A stretch of DNA of 63,302 nucleotides, the filler included, from Choristocarpus tenellus KU-1152 (Eukaryota; Protista; Phaeophyceae), in the NCBI GenBank assembly GCA_964200185.2. It is 9 parts of 9 records of this genome, joined end to end, with 100 filler letters (N's around TTAATTAATTAA, not from the genome) between each part and the next. Parts side by side here need not be neighbours in the genome. Positions count along the whole stretch, not along the records: positions 49,028 to 53,606 come from CAXNAD020013927.1; positions 53,707 to 57,157 come from CAXNAD020019945.1; positions 57,258 to 63,302 come from CAXNAD020009080.1; 6 more parts are not named here. One strand, given 5' to 3'. Shown one piece after another: positions 52,425 through 63,302 of the stretch (positions within the stretch are counted from its first letter, which is position 1; each line of letters opens with the position of its first letter). The notes below the pieces were generated by a model. The model worked only from the letters and a program-made list of their open reading frames with translations, made no database searches and was not told where the DNA came from. Position numbers and translations under genes: made by a program.

Positions 52425-53606
52425 CTGCAAAAATAAGAAATGAAATCCACAAATCAACCTTGAGCAAGGTATATTGAGTTCAAGAAACAAAGAAATAATA
52501 AAACTTAATCTCCACTGCTTGTACGATAAACGCCTGCATTGTTATTATTAGTATAAAAATAGTTGAGAAAAATATAATATAATATATTATATGCAGAAAT
52601 AGTAACGCACTTTTTTTTTTAGTGCGTATGCCTGTAGAAAATAAAAAAATGGGATACAAATACACTGCACAGGTATTCTAATTGTACAGACTATTATATA
52701 CATACTTTCAATCAGCCATGTGTCAAACACAATTACCCGCTGAAACCCAATGATTTTAGAGGTAACATATATATTTGTATCTGAATATAAGAAACACACT
52801 GCTTGATCTTCTAGGAAACCCTCACCTATGATACCGGATCTTGCCAACAGTAACGGACCATGAAAAAAAGTTAGATTCCATGAAAAAAAAATCTATTTTG
52901 TATCATAAAGATCCGCGCAGATGTTTATGATACAAGTCAACCCTAACCCTAATTCTGCAACTCCCGTCAGAACAAAACCCTAACCCTAACCCTAACACAA
53001 AACACCTAGTAAGCGCAACTAAGATTCAAGATTGCTTACCCTAACCCTAACCCTTCTTACCATCACCACGCTATCTTGACCACTTGCTGACAAATGCATG
53101 TATGAAGAGCTACATTGTTACTTATGGCCAAGCACCACTACCAATACCTAGGCAGACTGGGAGGCAGGCACATCACTTCTTTTTTTTTTTGTGGGTGAAT
53201 ACAACAATCGTGCGTCTAGAGAATGCGTACAAAAACGAAAAAACGGCGCTTCTGCTCTAAACAAAAACCTGTCGACGGAATCATTGTGATTTTTTTTTTG
53301 GAGTAGATATTGTAAAAATAAAAATTTCAACGGCATTAGAAAAAAAACGGAACAAACGCACACACACACTTGACCAAAGCATAGCGGGGGCTGTGATGGA
53401 CAGGGATAGGATGAGGGTTAAGGTTAGGGTAGAGAGTTGGTAATAAAATGTGAGGGGTATCACAGTTCTCACTGCACCACTCCAACCCTTAGTCACATTA
53501 AACAATCAAGAGAAAAGGGGGGGGGGGGGGGGGGGGGGGGGATTTTTCATTTTGGGCGTCTTCTCACACTTCTTCCCTATTGCATCATAATCACACAGGA
53601 GAAAGG

Positions 53607-53706
53607 NNNNNNNNNNNNNNNNNNNNNNNNNNNNNNNNNNNNNNNNNNNNTTAATTAATTAANNNNNNNNNNNNNNNNNNNNNNNNNNNNNNNNNNNNNN
53701 NNNNNN
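53607..53706. other. Artificial contig linker
   Basis: N-run + TTAATTAATTAA + N-run. Confidence 0.98.
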
Positions 53707-53782
53707 ATAAAACGCCCATGGGAAGCCAAGCCCCAAATGGACAAACAGGGCAAAACTCGTACCCTCTAAGATACTTTCACTC
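53707..53782. mobile_element. MITE family 1, partial copy at contig start
   Basis: Ends GTACCCTCTAAGATACTTTCACTC. Confidence 0.85.
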
Positions 53783-54240
53783 ACATCTTCAATGTTGATC
53801 TGTTCCTCCATACATGTTGCCTTGTGACTCGGAAGTTTATGTATCCCTACACAACACCAACACCGCATTGTTTCTGTTTTATAAACGTAACATACATTTG
53901 GGAAAATGCCATCAACAGCAGCACGGCACTAGAAATATTGGTCGACTCTGACCACAGTAACACTCGAGGCCATCTGCTCTGTAATGTCCAACAGAGAAAT
54001 TTAATAACCCAGAGTGAGCTATTGAAGACCACATTGGAATTTCAGGAATTGAAATTTTTGGAGCATATCAAAATTCAGTGAGGTGAATCAAAATCAGGAT
54101 TTTATGTTTCGACAGGGATACCCTCCTGGCAAGGAGCACGGCCAAACAAGACTCAATCTCGCATGGTGTAGTGCATTTGTGCATCCCTTGTGAATGTTGG
54201 AGAGGAGAATGTGATCATCTTCCACAGGTCCTACTAGGCA

Positions 54241-54557
54241 GTTTTGGATTTGAATGTATGTGGTGCAATTGCCTTCGCTCTCTCTTTCCCCAAACGGTCT
54301 GTATGTAGAATCACTTATTGGTTGTAATAGCATTAATAGTAACAGTGGTAGTGATGAAATGATGGCAGCAACAACAAGAACGATAATATATCACCTACCA
54401 TGATACGATGTTTGTTTGTGAATGTTGTGTGGTGCATTGCCTCCAATCTCTCTTTCCCAACATGGTCTGTGATATCTCATATTGGTTGTAATGCCACCAG
54501 TAGTAGTAGCATCAATAGCAGTGATTAAATGGTGACAACAACAACACCGACAATGAT
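54241..54557. repeat. Diverged direct duplication (about 168-bp period)
   Basis: TGAATGT..TGTGGTGCA(A)TTGCCT...CTCTCTTTCCC...GGTCTGT...TATTGGTTGTAAT occurs twice. Confidence 0.75.
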
Positions 54558-55641
54558 GGTGACAATCTGAGTATCATCATAGTGGATCCGTGTCAACAAC
54601 TAATTTGAATCGCAAGAACAACTACTACTTCACCAACTACTCTTGTTATTACTATTGCTACTACAACGAACACAATGGCAATGACAAAAACGTGGTACAC
54701 TCTTGCAGGAAGAACTTATGAATGAATGATGGCAGGAATGTGCCCGTCACTGCTGTTTTTGTTATAGTAAAGTATATGTTATCATGTACATGAAGTGGTA
54801 GGGATATCGTAGCACTACTAAATTCTCGTGAGCATTTATAGTAATTCTATTAGTATATATGTGTGTGTGTGTGAGAGTAATGTATATGATATGATGAAGT
54901 CTTCGAAGTAATTATCTTTACGACTCCAGAGGACATACATACGTGCACACGCTTAGTGTACAACACGAGCCACAAAATATAAGTAGTACCAGTCACAAAC
55001 GAATCTTGCAATGATTCTACCGCTGCTGTCACAACTACATAATGCTGATAGAGGTACTGCATGTATGTAAATGAACGAGCCAAACGTTTACTATGATGGT
55101 TTAACTCTTCGAACGAAGAAATCACTCACCACTTCCCTGAGAAGGCCCATGTCCTACAAGAGTTAGGAAGAGAGATGAAGAAGAAGACTAGGTTTACTGG
55201 ACGTGGTGTTATCGCTCATGCATACATAAAAAACACATGCATACAACATCAAAGGTACATAATAATGGTACTACTAATGCCATTTTTTTTTTGGTGATGT
55301 ACTCCTGGTGATTACCCAAGGCTACTCGGATTGACACTATCAGCTCAAAGTTTGTATCTTGAATCTCGCCCGTTGGTTTCAGTCATCCCACTGTTCAGCA
55401 CTCAACTTCCTCCCCTCGAATCTTATTGCACTCGAGCCTAGATGTTGCATGGCCATGAAGCCTGGCCACCTCGTTTCTGGTTTCCAGCTTTTTGTGTTAT
55501 AGCAACAGACAGGAGGGTAGTTATAGAACATAACAATCAGAAATGATATTACATCAATACAATCCGTAGTGCTTGCCACTTGGACATTGGATAATCGAGA
55601 CCAGATTTACCTGAAAGGAACCTGGCGTGGAGGAGGTGTAA

Positions 55642-55848
55642 GACCCAAAGCATTTAAGAGGGTAGGATTTTTGTCTTGTTTGTCCATTCGGGGCTTGGCT
55701 TCCCATGGGTGTTTATACCTTTTTGGGGTTTTCAAAACATTTGGGAAGTAGTTAAAATGTATACGCGCGTGAAAGGTGTGACCAGAGCAAGGATATTGAC
55801 ACTCTTGTTGATAAACACGATAGCCAAAATTCATCAAAATCGCAACAT
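55642..55848. mobile_element. MITE family 1 (subfamily b), right end truncated
   Basis: Starts GACCCAAAGCATTTAAGAGGGT; homology stops at ...AATCGCAACATT, where a CACTA-like end follows. Confidence 0.85.
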
Positions 55849-56024
55849 TAGATTATATTATATTATTACCCTCTAACATTTTGCAGATGTGTCAGGGGGG
55901 AGGGGGGGGGGGCAAGACCAAAAGAAAACACTAACCTTTGTCTTCAAGCGATCGTAACAGATTTTTGAAAAGTGTGTTGTGTTGTGCGGGCGGTCTTAAA
56001 TAAGGGTTTTGTTTTTATGGTGCA

Positions 56025-56850
56025 GAGATGAGGTACGAAGTTTTGAGGAATTGGAAAGGAATATATGATTTACAAAATATCATGTCCAATTCACATTTCA
56101 AATACAAATGAATGAATATCTTTTCTTAAGTACAAGAATACGTTCTGTATGATGAGATGATTCAATACAATGAGAGCTTAATTTCCAACTTCCTCATTGA
56201 ACTTCGAAAGTTTGTGATTGTCACATTTCTGTGACGCTACTGCTCTGAAAAAAACAATTTGGATTATGCTTGCAGTACTATTCTACGATCGTGTCGTCTC
56301 ACGATGCAAGTCCTCAAACGAATACAATGATGTAAGCCCTCATACTATACGGTATTGACCAACGCCAATCGTGTTATCTCACTGAAATCGACATTAAAAA
56401 GTACCCAAGCACTAATTTTACGATAAAGCGATGAGAGTGATTTCGCCAATCACTGGTACCATTTCAATAGATGAAAATATTGGAAAAATGTAGTATTTTT
56501 TCTTTTCCCGTTTTTCATAACTCCTACCTCATCTCGTCATTTCGACCAAAGCACTTAGACACGACCTTGTGCCAGCAGTAGACTTTTGACCGAGCCCTTA
56601 AAATCACTTTGGGGTGCTTGATCCTTCGAACAACGTCTCACTAAAATTGAGGATGGAGCATACTATGGAGGATGAGTTTGAGCCAAAAATGACCAGGAAA
56701 AAGTGTCGGTATGTTTTCTTCTGTAAATAACAGTGGATTTTAAAAATTGAAGATGAAGCATACTATGGAGGATGGTTTTGACCGAAAATGTTTCGGAAAA
56801 AGTGCCGATATGCTTTTTTGGTAAATGTTGCGGCACTTTTTAAGGGCCCC
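56025..56850. repeat. Subterminal-type structure (inverted plus tandem repeats), likely a DNA-transposon end
   Basis: GAGATGAGGTA..GTT at about 56025 is inverted relative to AACTCCTACCTCATCTC at about 56519. A ~100-bp tandem duplicate starts at about 56652 and 56752. GAGCCCTTAAAA/TTTTAAGGGCCC form an inverted pair at 56592/56837. Confidence 0.5.
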
Positions 56851-57157
56851 TTTCTGAATGGGAATCCGTGACGGATGTGGTAGTAGTACAGTGTGTGGGG
56901 GGCAGCAATGATTTCATTTGATCATCGCGCATATGTATGCCCTGCGTTGGATTGCTTGCTTGAATAATTAGTGTGGTCGGTGGAGTCGTTTGACTGTCGA
57001 TGGTGGAGGTGGTAGAAAAAAATAGTACTTCGAAGTAGTTTTTTTAGGGGTGGCGTTTCATCGTCATTATGGAAGTTTGACTGATAATAATAATAATAAG
57101 AGAAGAAGTGTTAATTTCACATATTATTAGATTGTTTATCAATTATTGCTATCGTCG

Positions 57158-57257
57158 NNNNNNNNNNNNNNNNNNNNNNNNNNNNNNNNNNNNNNNNNNN
57201 NTTAATTAATTAANNNNNNNNNNNNNNNNNNNNNNNNNNNNNNNNNNNNNNNNNNNN
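57158..57257. other. Artificial contig linker
   Basis: N-run + TTAATTAATTAA + N-run. Confidence 0.98.
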
Positions 57258-58199
57258 GTGTCTTCTAATTGCTTGTTTATTATTTATTTGTGCTTCCTAT
57301 CTGAGTCAACGGTAATGTCAAAGTTAGTTGAATGCAGAATAAATACCAATACATAATTCCATACATAATCTGGATGTACTATTTTATTAGTTACATCACA
57401 TGGACTCAATTCAACACAACAATCTCATATACATAAAATAAGGTACACCTCACTATTGTCCTATTTTGTACAAGATCGACCCTGCGGAACGACACGACCC
57501 ATGTGTCCCAAACCTCAGTGGAATCAAGTCCATGTACAGGTTCTTCACTGGTCGGCTCACCACCGGAGACTCCCGTACATTGGTATATACCGGACTGTCG
57601 TGCTACTGCACGAACTGTTCCATCGGCAACCTGGCCTAATGCAGGTGGCAACTCACCCACGTGCCTCCACTTAAGGAGATCTCGGATTTTCCATGGAAGC
57701 GGGAACAGGTGATATGTATCTGAGAAGTCAGCTGTCGAGGAAGACGAGACAGCTTGCCGAGGGGAACATATGCATTGTGTGGACGCAGTCATCGGAGTAC
57801 AATAGTATAGAGTTTTTGCCGTTCACTGTCCACTGCAAGGACACAATTCAATGGAACGCCAGACACCACTCCAGCTACGGAGGGATGTTCAGTGCTGGAG
57901 ATGAGTTCGTCTTTGTCACTGAAGACATCGAGGTGCTGAGTGCTAGCTTGTTGATGGAGGGTCAACTATTCACATGTCACGGATGGACAAGGTGAGGAAC
58001 GCTTCTTATTGCTTCTAAAAGAAGAGCCAAAGCATCTTAGAGGGTGGGCCTGCGTCCATTTGAGGGTCAAATTCCAATGTTAAGTTTTTGATATGATTTT
58101 GGCAATCGTGTTTGTTAGTAAGTGTGAATTCCCTTGGTCCAGGCACACTTTTTTCATAACGAATACATTTCACCTACTCCGAAACATTTTGGAGTGGGA

Positions 58200-58406
58200 T
58201 GTCGAATAACCTAGTGTTATCCTTTCTTTATCTGTGCTGATCCAAGTAAACACCTGTTCCCTTAATGGACAATAGTATAATGGGACAATAGCATCAAGTG
58301 GACAATACGCTGCAGACAATTAACAATTCAGTGTGTGCTTTATCATGTAAATTCAACTGCTGCTAGCTTCCGGTGACGAACCTTACGTGCACCAAGCTTT
58401 TCAACA
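58200..58406 (+). repeat. 5' LTR (207 bp)
   Basis: TG...CA ends; homologous to 61024-61305 but about 75 bp shorter. Confidence 0.92.
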
Positions 58407-58552
58407 CGAACTCTAGCTAGGGGAGGCGCAGTCGGACTGGTTTTTGAATTAGGTATTGCATCACTCATGGCTACTGATATAGTTTTCACACCAAACTCCT
58501 TCAACTTACGGACGACAATTATGCCGATTGGTTTGCTACAACCCGGGCATTT

Positions 58553-59368
58553 TTGGGAGCTGAGGGGGATATTGATGAGGCATTAGAGTACAGGGAGGAA
58601 CCCATCAGGGTGGGTGATATTGATTTCATCAAGCAGGAAAATGTGGATGAAGATGAGGTCACCAAGGCCAAGAAAGCTTATGAGGTCCTGCTGAGGAGCA
58701 CCAGTGGGATTTACCGGTGCATAGTCCACTATGCTGCCTCACCTTCAGGAGCCTGGAAACAACTACGCAAACACTTCCTTTTTCAATCAGATGAGGAAAT
58801 AGCCAGACTCCAAAGGAAAGCTATGACGGTCAAGATGCCTCGGAGGCCAGACCCCCAAATTACCTTCACAATGATGCTGGACTGGGTTGGCCAGATGGCG
58901 ATGATGGGGCATGTGATGTCCGAGCAGGACCTAGAAATCGCTATGTTAGACTGTTTGGATGACGACTACCAGACCACCAAACATTATCTCCAGCACCATA
59001 ACAAGAGTGAGCGTTCGAGAACTACAATACAACAAGCTGCTCGCTCGCGTTATGTCTCACTTCAACGAGAGATAGGAGATCGCGGAGAGCCTGGGAGTGC
59101 TCTGGCCGCGAGGATCGTTAAAACGCCTGGTCGAGGTGGCAGCCGGGGTACGACTGGTCACCTTATAGACCCTAGGACGACAGGATCCCGTTCCAGGGGG
59201 CTTACCAAGGCCCGAGAGACATGTGATAAGTGTGGATTGGGTGAGCATTTCGGTTCTTGTAAATTCAAAGGACTGTGCTACAGCTGCGGGAGCAGAGGCC
59301 ACCAGCAAGCTGTTTGCTCTGAGAGGAGTGCAGGACCACCAAAGTCGGTGGGAAATACATATCGCTAG
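58553..59368 (+). pseudogene. Copia Gag with zinc knuckles
   Basis: AWKQLRKHF, LDDDYQTT, CDKCGLGEHFGSC and CYSCGSRGHQQAVC (CCHC). N-terminus frameshifted. Confidence 0.85.
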
Positions 59369-59589
59369 AGGGCGACTCCGCTCAAGTTGGCGGAAGACCT
59401 AGCTGGATCAGAGGAACCGGTTAGGCCAGGACCATCAAAGTCGGTGGTAAGTTCATATCGACAGAGGGCGAATCCGTTAGAGTCGGAGGGAATACTAGCT
59501 GGATCAGAGGAACCGACTAGGACAGGAAGGAAGTTCAAGACCATGTTAGCCACTGACTGATAATGGCAAGGTGAGATTGACTGCTTTCG

Positions 59590-60940
59590 AAACGTGGAGT
59601 TTTGATTCGGGTGCTTCCAACAGTGTAATGAAAGACTCACAGTACATGTATGACTTCACCATATGTCCACAAGGCCACAACATGACCTTGGCTGACGGCA
59701 CATCACTACCCATTATGGGGATGGCAAGATTGATTTAAATTTCAATGTTGGCCGTGATGAGTGGGTGCATGTTACTCTGAAGTCTGTTGCATATGTCCCG
59801 AAAGTAGCTTTCATTCTTCTCTCTTCACATTCTGCTAGTAGGGATAAGGAAGTGGAAAGCAATGATGGTGATGATAATGGGGTGGATGAGACCAAGGACA
59901 GCCAATGTGAAATTTTTGAGCAATGCAAAGCAGACCTTTGTCTGTTACGCTATATAAGAGATGGCGTTGTTTGTGCTGTGGTAGCCCCCCACATAGATGA
60001 TCTATTGGTAGCTGGTAAAATTGATGTTTTGATTTGGGTTTGCTCTAGGATCAAAGAGCAGTTTTCCATAGAAGACTTTGGTGATCTTGAGAATTATATG
60101 GGTTTTGTGAGATTTCACGTGACAGAACTGCACGGACTGTCACCGTCAGACTAGGTACATTAAGAGTGTTTATCAAAGATTTGGTATGGATGGGGCAAAG
60201 AAGAGGTCGGTATCCCATGATCTCTCAAGGACTCTAGACAAGAGTGAGACCATCCAAGTGTCGATGAAAATACACCGTACAGAGAAGCAGTTGGTAGTTT
60301 GATGTGGGTATCTGTTATGACTAGGCTTGACATTGCAAATGCAGTTTGTGAAGTTGCCAAGTACAGTAGCAATCCCAAAGTCACATATTGGCGTGCAGTG
60401 AAATGCATTTTAGCATATTTGAATACGTGTCCCAGTGTCGGATTGAGTTTTGGTGGTTTTGATATTGAGTGTGAGTTGAGTGCGTAAGCTGATGCTAGTT
60501 ATGCTGGAGACTGGAATGATCGTAGATCAGTGACTGGAGGAGCAATTATGTTTGCGGGAGGAGCAATATATTGGACGTCAAAGGTACAAAGAGCTGTAGC
60601 GCTGTCTTCCACAGAGAGTGAATACATAGCTCTTAGTAGTGTGGCACAGGAATTACTTTTCTTGAGAAGTGTTTTTTTGAGTTTATTCAGCCACAGTTTC
60701 CAAGGCGTTGCATTTACTTGTTTGAGGATAACGATGGTGCATGAAAACTAGTAGGAAATGCCACAAGCTCTACTAGAACAAAGCACATTGATGTCCGACA
60801 TCATTTTCTGAGGGATTATCTAGAAAAGGAGAGATTCGTGTTGTTGTTGTTGGTACTGCAAATCAGAGGGCAGATGTATTGACCAAGAATTTGCCAGTCC
60901 GAGGTCTTAGACAACATATAAAGTTTTTGATGAACATGTG
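59590..60940 (+). pseudogene. Copia pol remnants (protease, RT C-terminal part, RNase H)
   Basis: WSFDSGAS, ADLCLLRY..HIDDLL, PYREAVGSLMW..TRLDIANAV, ADASYAGDWNDRRSVTG, SSTESEYIAL, KHIDVRHHF and NQRADVLTK; multiple stops and frameshifts. Confidence 0.92.
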
Positions 60941-61023
60941 ACACAACATGTGTGTTTTTTTTTTATTTATTTATTTTGTTGTGATTGTTTGAGAGTTAAT
61001 ACTTGTTTTCAGCAAGGGGAGGA

Positions 61024-61305
61024 TGTCGAATAACCTAGTGTTATCCTTACGTTATCTGTGCTGATCCAAGTAAACAACATAGCTTAGATGTACGTTAATC
61101 TTTAGTTTAGTACAATACAAGGTAGTAACGTACACAGCGGTATGCTTTATGGTGGGTCAATGGGACATTACAAATTGTATAATGGGACAATAGCATCAAG
61201 TGGACAATACCCTGCAGACAATTAATAATTCAGTATGTGCTTTACCATGTAAATTCAACTGCTAGCTTCCGGGGACGAGCCTTATGTGCGCCAAGCTTTT
61301 CAACA
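61024..61305 (+). repeat. 3' LTR (282 bp)
   Basis: TGTCGAATAACCTAGTG...GCTTTTCAACA. Confidence 0.92.
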
Positions 61306-61446
61306 TAGGAAAATGTAAGAAAAGAAACCCATGGGAAGCCAAGCCCCAAATGGACAAACAAGGCAAAACTCGTATCCTCTAAGATACCTTCACTCAGAAC
61401 AATGCCCCAAACAAATGAATACACGCTGTCCATATACAGATGTCAA

Positions 61447-61485
61447 ATATCCCCTTATATCCCCTTATATCCCCTTATATCCCCT
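61447..61485. repeat. 10-bp tandem repeat (ATATCCCCTT) x about 4
   Basis: Directly visible. Confidence 0.85.
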
Positions 61486-63237
61486 CTAACCCACGTATAT
61501 TCCTCCCATAACGTCCGATCCTGACATCCAAACCAGTGTCATTTTGTTCTCCCAATCTGCAACCGCCACTGACACCTTGCTGCTTATATTTACAAGTTAC
61601 GTAGGGCAAATAAGAGCTTCCCATTCATTCATTCCGCTGCCTAAGTGTATCCTCTGTAATACGCAAAACTATCCGTTTCTCAAAAAGATCAACAAACAAC
61701 ACCTCTATACAACCAAACAAGACCATCACGCAAACACATGAAAATAGTTCTACACACCAACACAGCCCCTGCAACGAACATGTTTGTGGTGATGCAGGAC
61801 GCACAACCGGGTCCCCGCGTCATGCCCCTTCAGGCTATCATCATCCCAGACTTCACACAGACATCGACCACAGCTACCTGGACAACACATTCACGATCCT
61901 GCCTGGTCAATATCAGAGGTTCACCTCGGAATCCAACCGGCAATCCCTCGGTGGGATACCTGCTCGCTTCTCTAGGCAACTCAGACTTGGGGATACATCC
62001 GACGCCAGGTTCGGTCGAGGAACCAACTTCATCCTACGTGTGAGTGGGGGGAACACCGTACAGGGGAAGGTCAGCGATGTTCACGTAGATGGTTCAGGGC
62101 GTACATTTACTCAGTGTCCTACCTCCCGGAAGATGGCGAAAAAAGCTTTGCCCCCTCAACTGGGGGGTCGTACATGACAGAGGACGAGATCGAGGAGGGT
62201 GTCAACCAACTTCTAAGGAAGAAGAAGAAGAGGGAAGGCGACGAGGCTGCAGCCCTGTGTGTCAGACAATGCCGTCGGTCGATTGTTGACCGCCAGCAGA
62301 GGTGTAGGAACTTGGAGAAGAATACATAGAAATATATACTCCTTGAACCGACACTGAGTTATGTGCCAGATTTAGGTGAGAGGGAGAAGCACTCAATGCC
62401 AGAGCCAAGAACAGGGGACTATATTTCAGATAGGACGATCAGTGGATACGAGGGACTGTGACCAAGTACCAGCCCCACTACACGGTGAAAGTTAGAGAGG
62501 AGCGAGTCAACTACCCTTACGAGGTCAAATGGGAGAATGACGACTTGCGAAATATCCAGCTTCTTGTCCAACACTACAGTATTGGCCAAGACGCTCCTAC
62601 ACGGGTCTGGTCCTGGACAAGTCCTACACTGCCACCATACTGACGAGAGATACGGCTTTGAGGAGCAACATAGGCCAATTTCTGTTCGTGAGTGACCCTC
62701 TACTTCGCCAGTCCGACACATGCCTCGACAGACCTGTTATGATGGAGAGATCGGACGTTCTCTAAATCAACGGACTTACGCATTTGGGTGGGGTATATTG
62801 AATTTATTATCTTACCGAAGAGTTTGTATTTATGTGTCCTCATATGCACGTATTCATTGGCCCGGTGGCAACCTAGATTTCATCTCCATTAGTGCGTTCT
62901 GCCATCATCCTCTAATACTTTTACTCCATGCCCCAATCCTTTTTCCTCTCCTCTTTACGTTGATCAGATCACAGAGCAATTGATAGAAACCTTACTACAA
63001 ATACATTGACGCACAAACATCTTGTACTCCATACCATCTTCAGCACAAGTCGAGATTTCCACAACAGAAACCTCTCTTCCACACCCAAACCAAGCGGCGC
63101 CAACCACCCAGGCTCCAGGCTTTGAACCCAACGGCAACTTCCCTGAGCCATAATAACATAGTGTACACCCACTCAAGCGCCAAGTGTAGGTCCTAAATGC
63201 ATTTTAGTCCAAAATACATCATACGAGGACGATGGCT

Positions 63238-63302
63238 GGGTCAAAGTATCTTGGGGGGTGGTGGTTTGTGAGGGGGCGTCCATTTCGGTCCGGACGCCCC
63301 CT
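63238..63302. mobile_element. MITE family 2-like left arm at window end
   Basis: GGGTCAAAGTATCTTGGGGGG...GCGTCCATTT. Confidence 0.65.

Larger units (their letters stand above)
58200..61305 (+). mobile_element. Ty1/Copia LTR retrotransposon, internally deleted (integrase and RT N-terminus missing), 3.1 kb
   Basis: LTRs TGTCGAA...TTCAACA at both ends, polypurine tract AGCAAGGGGAGGA before the 3' LTR, TSD TGGGA/TAGGA, and gag-protease-RT-RNaseH remnants. Confidence 0.95.
58024..61395. mobile_element. MITE family 1 copy split by a Copia insertion (halves 58024-58199 and 61306-61395), TSD AGAA
   Basis: The two halves join into one contiguous MITE; AGAA at 58020-58023 and 61396-61399. Confidence 0.9.

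Noticed and set aside
6208-57257. Eight regularly recurring TTAATTAATTAA motifs flanked by Ns (array-like)
   Set aside because: Artificial six-frame-stop linkers used to concatenate contigs; not biological and not a CRISPR array.
14855-63302. Apparent clustering of TopoVIB-like, HCF164, Copia and other features as one system
   Set aside because: Most lie on different contigs separated by linkers, so their proximity is arbitrary.

Overview
This window is not one continuous locus. It is nine eukaryotic contigs joined by eight artificial 100-bp linkers (N44-TTAATTAATTAA-N44, stops in all six frames), so adjacency across linkers has no biological meaning. The DNA is intron-rich, with TTAGGG-type telomeric hexamers and a plastid HCF164-like thioredoxin, consistent with a photosynthetic stramenopile such as a brown alga or close relative (inference). 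Genes I could splice by hand: an MSP/VAP-family gene (-), a divergently oriented E/Q/R coiled-coil ORF (+), the 3' end of a WD40 gene (-), a multi-exon DUF389 membrane-protein gene (-), an 11-12 exon divergent topoisomerase VI B-like gene (+) that keeps the GHKL ATPase and transducer motifs but apparently lacks the H2TH domain (candidate meiotic SPO11 partner), and the 3' half of HCF164 (-). Mobile DNA is abundant. There are 18 copies of two related MITE families with GAG/GAC/GGC termini and mixed 3- and 4-bp TSDs. There is also an internally deleted DD39D mariner with Stowaway-like TIRs, an internally deleted Ty1/Copia element nested inside one MITE, a Copia pol relic, CACTA-like ends and an AT-rich, possibly viral, island. 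No rRNA, tRNA or CRISPR array was found.
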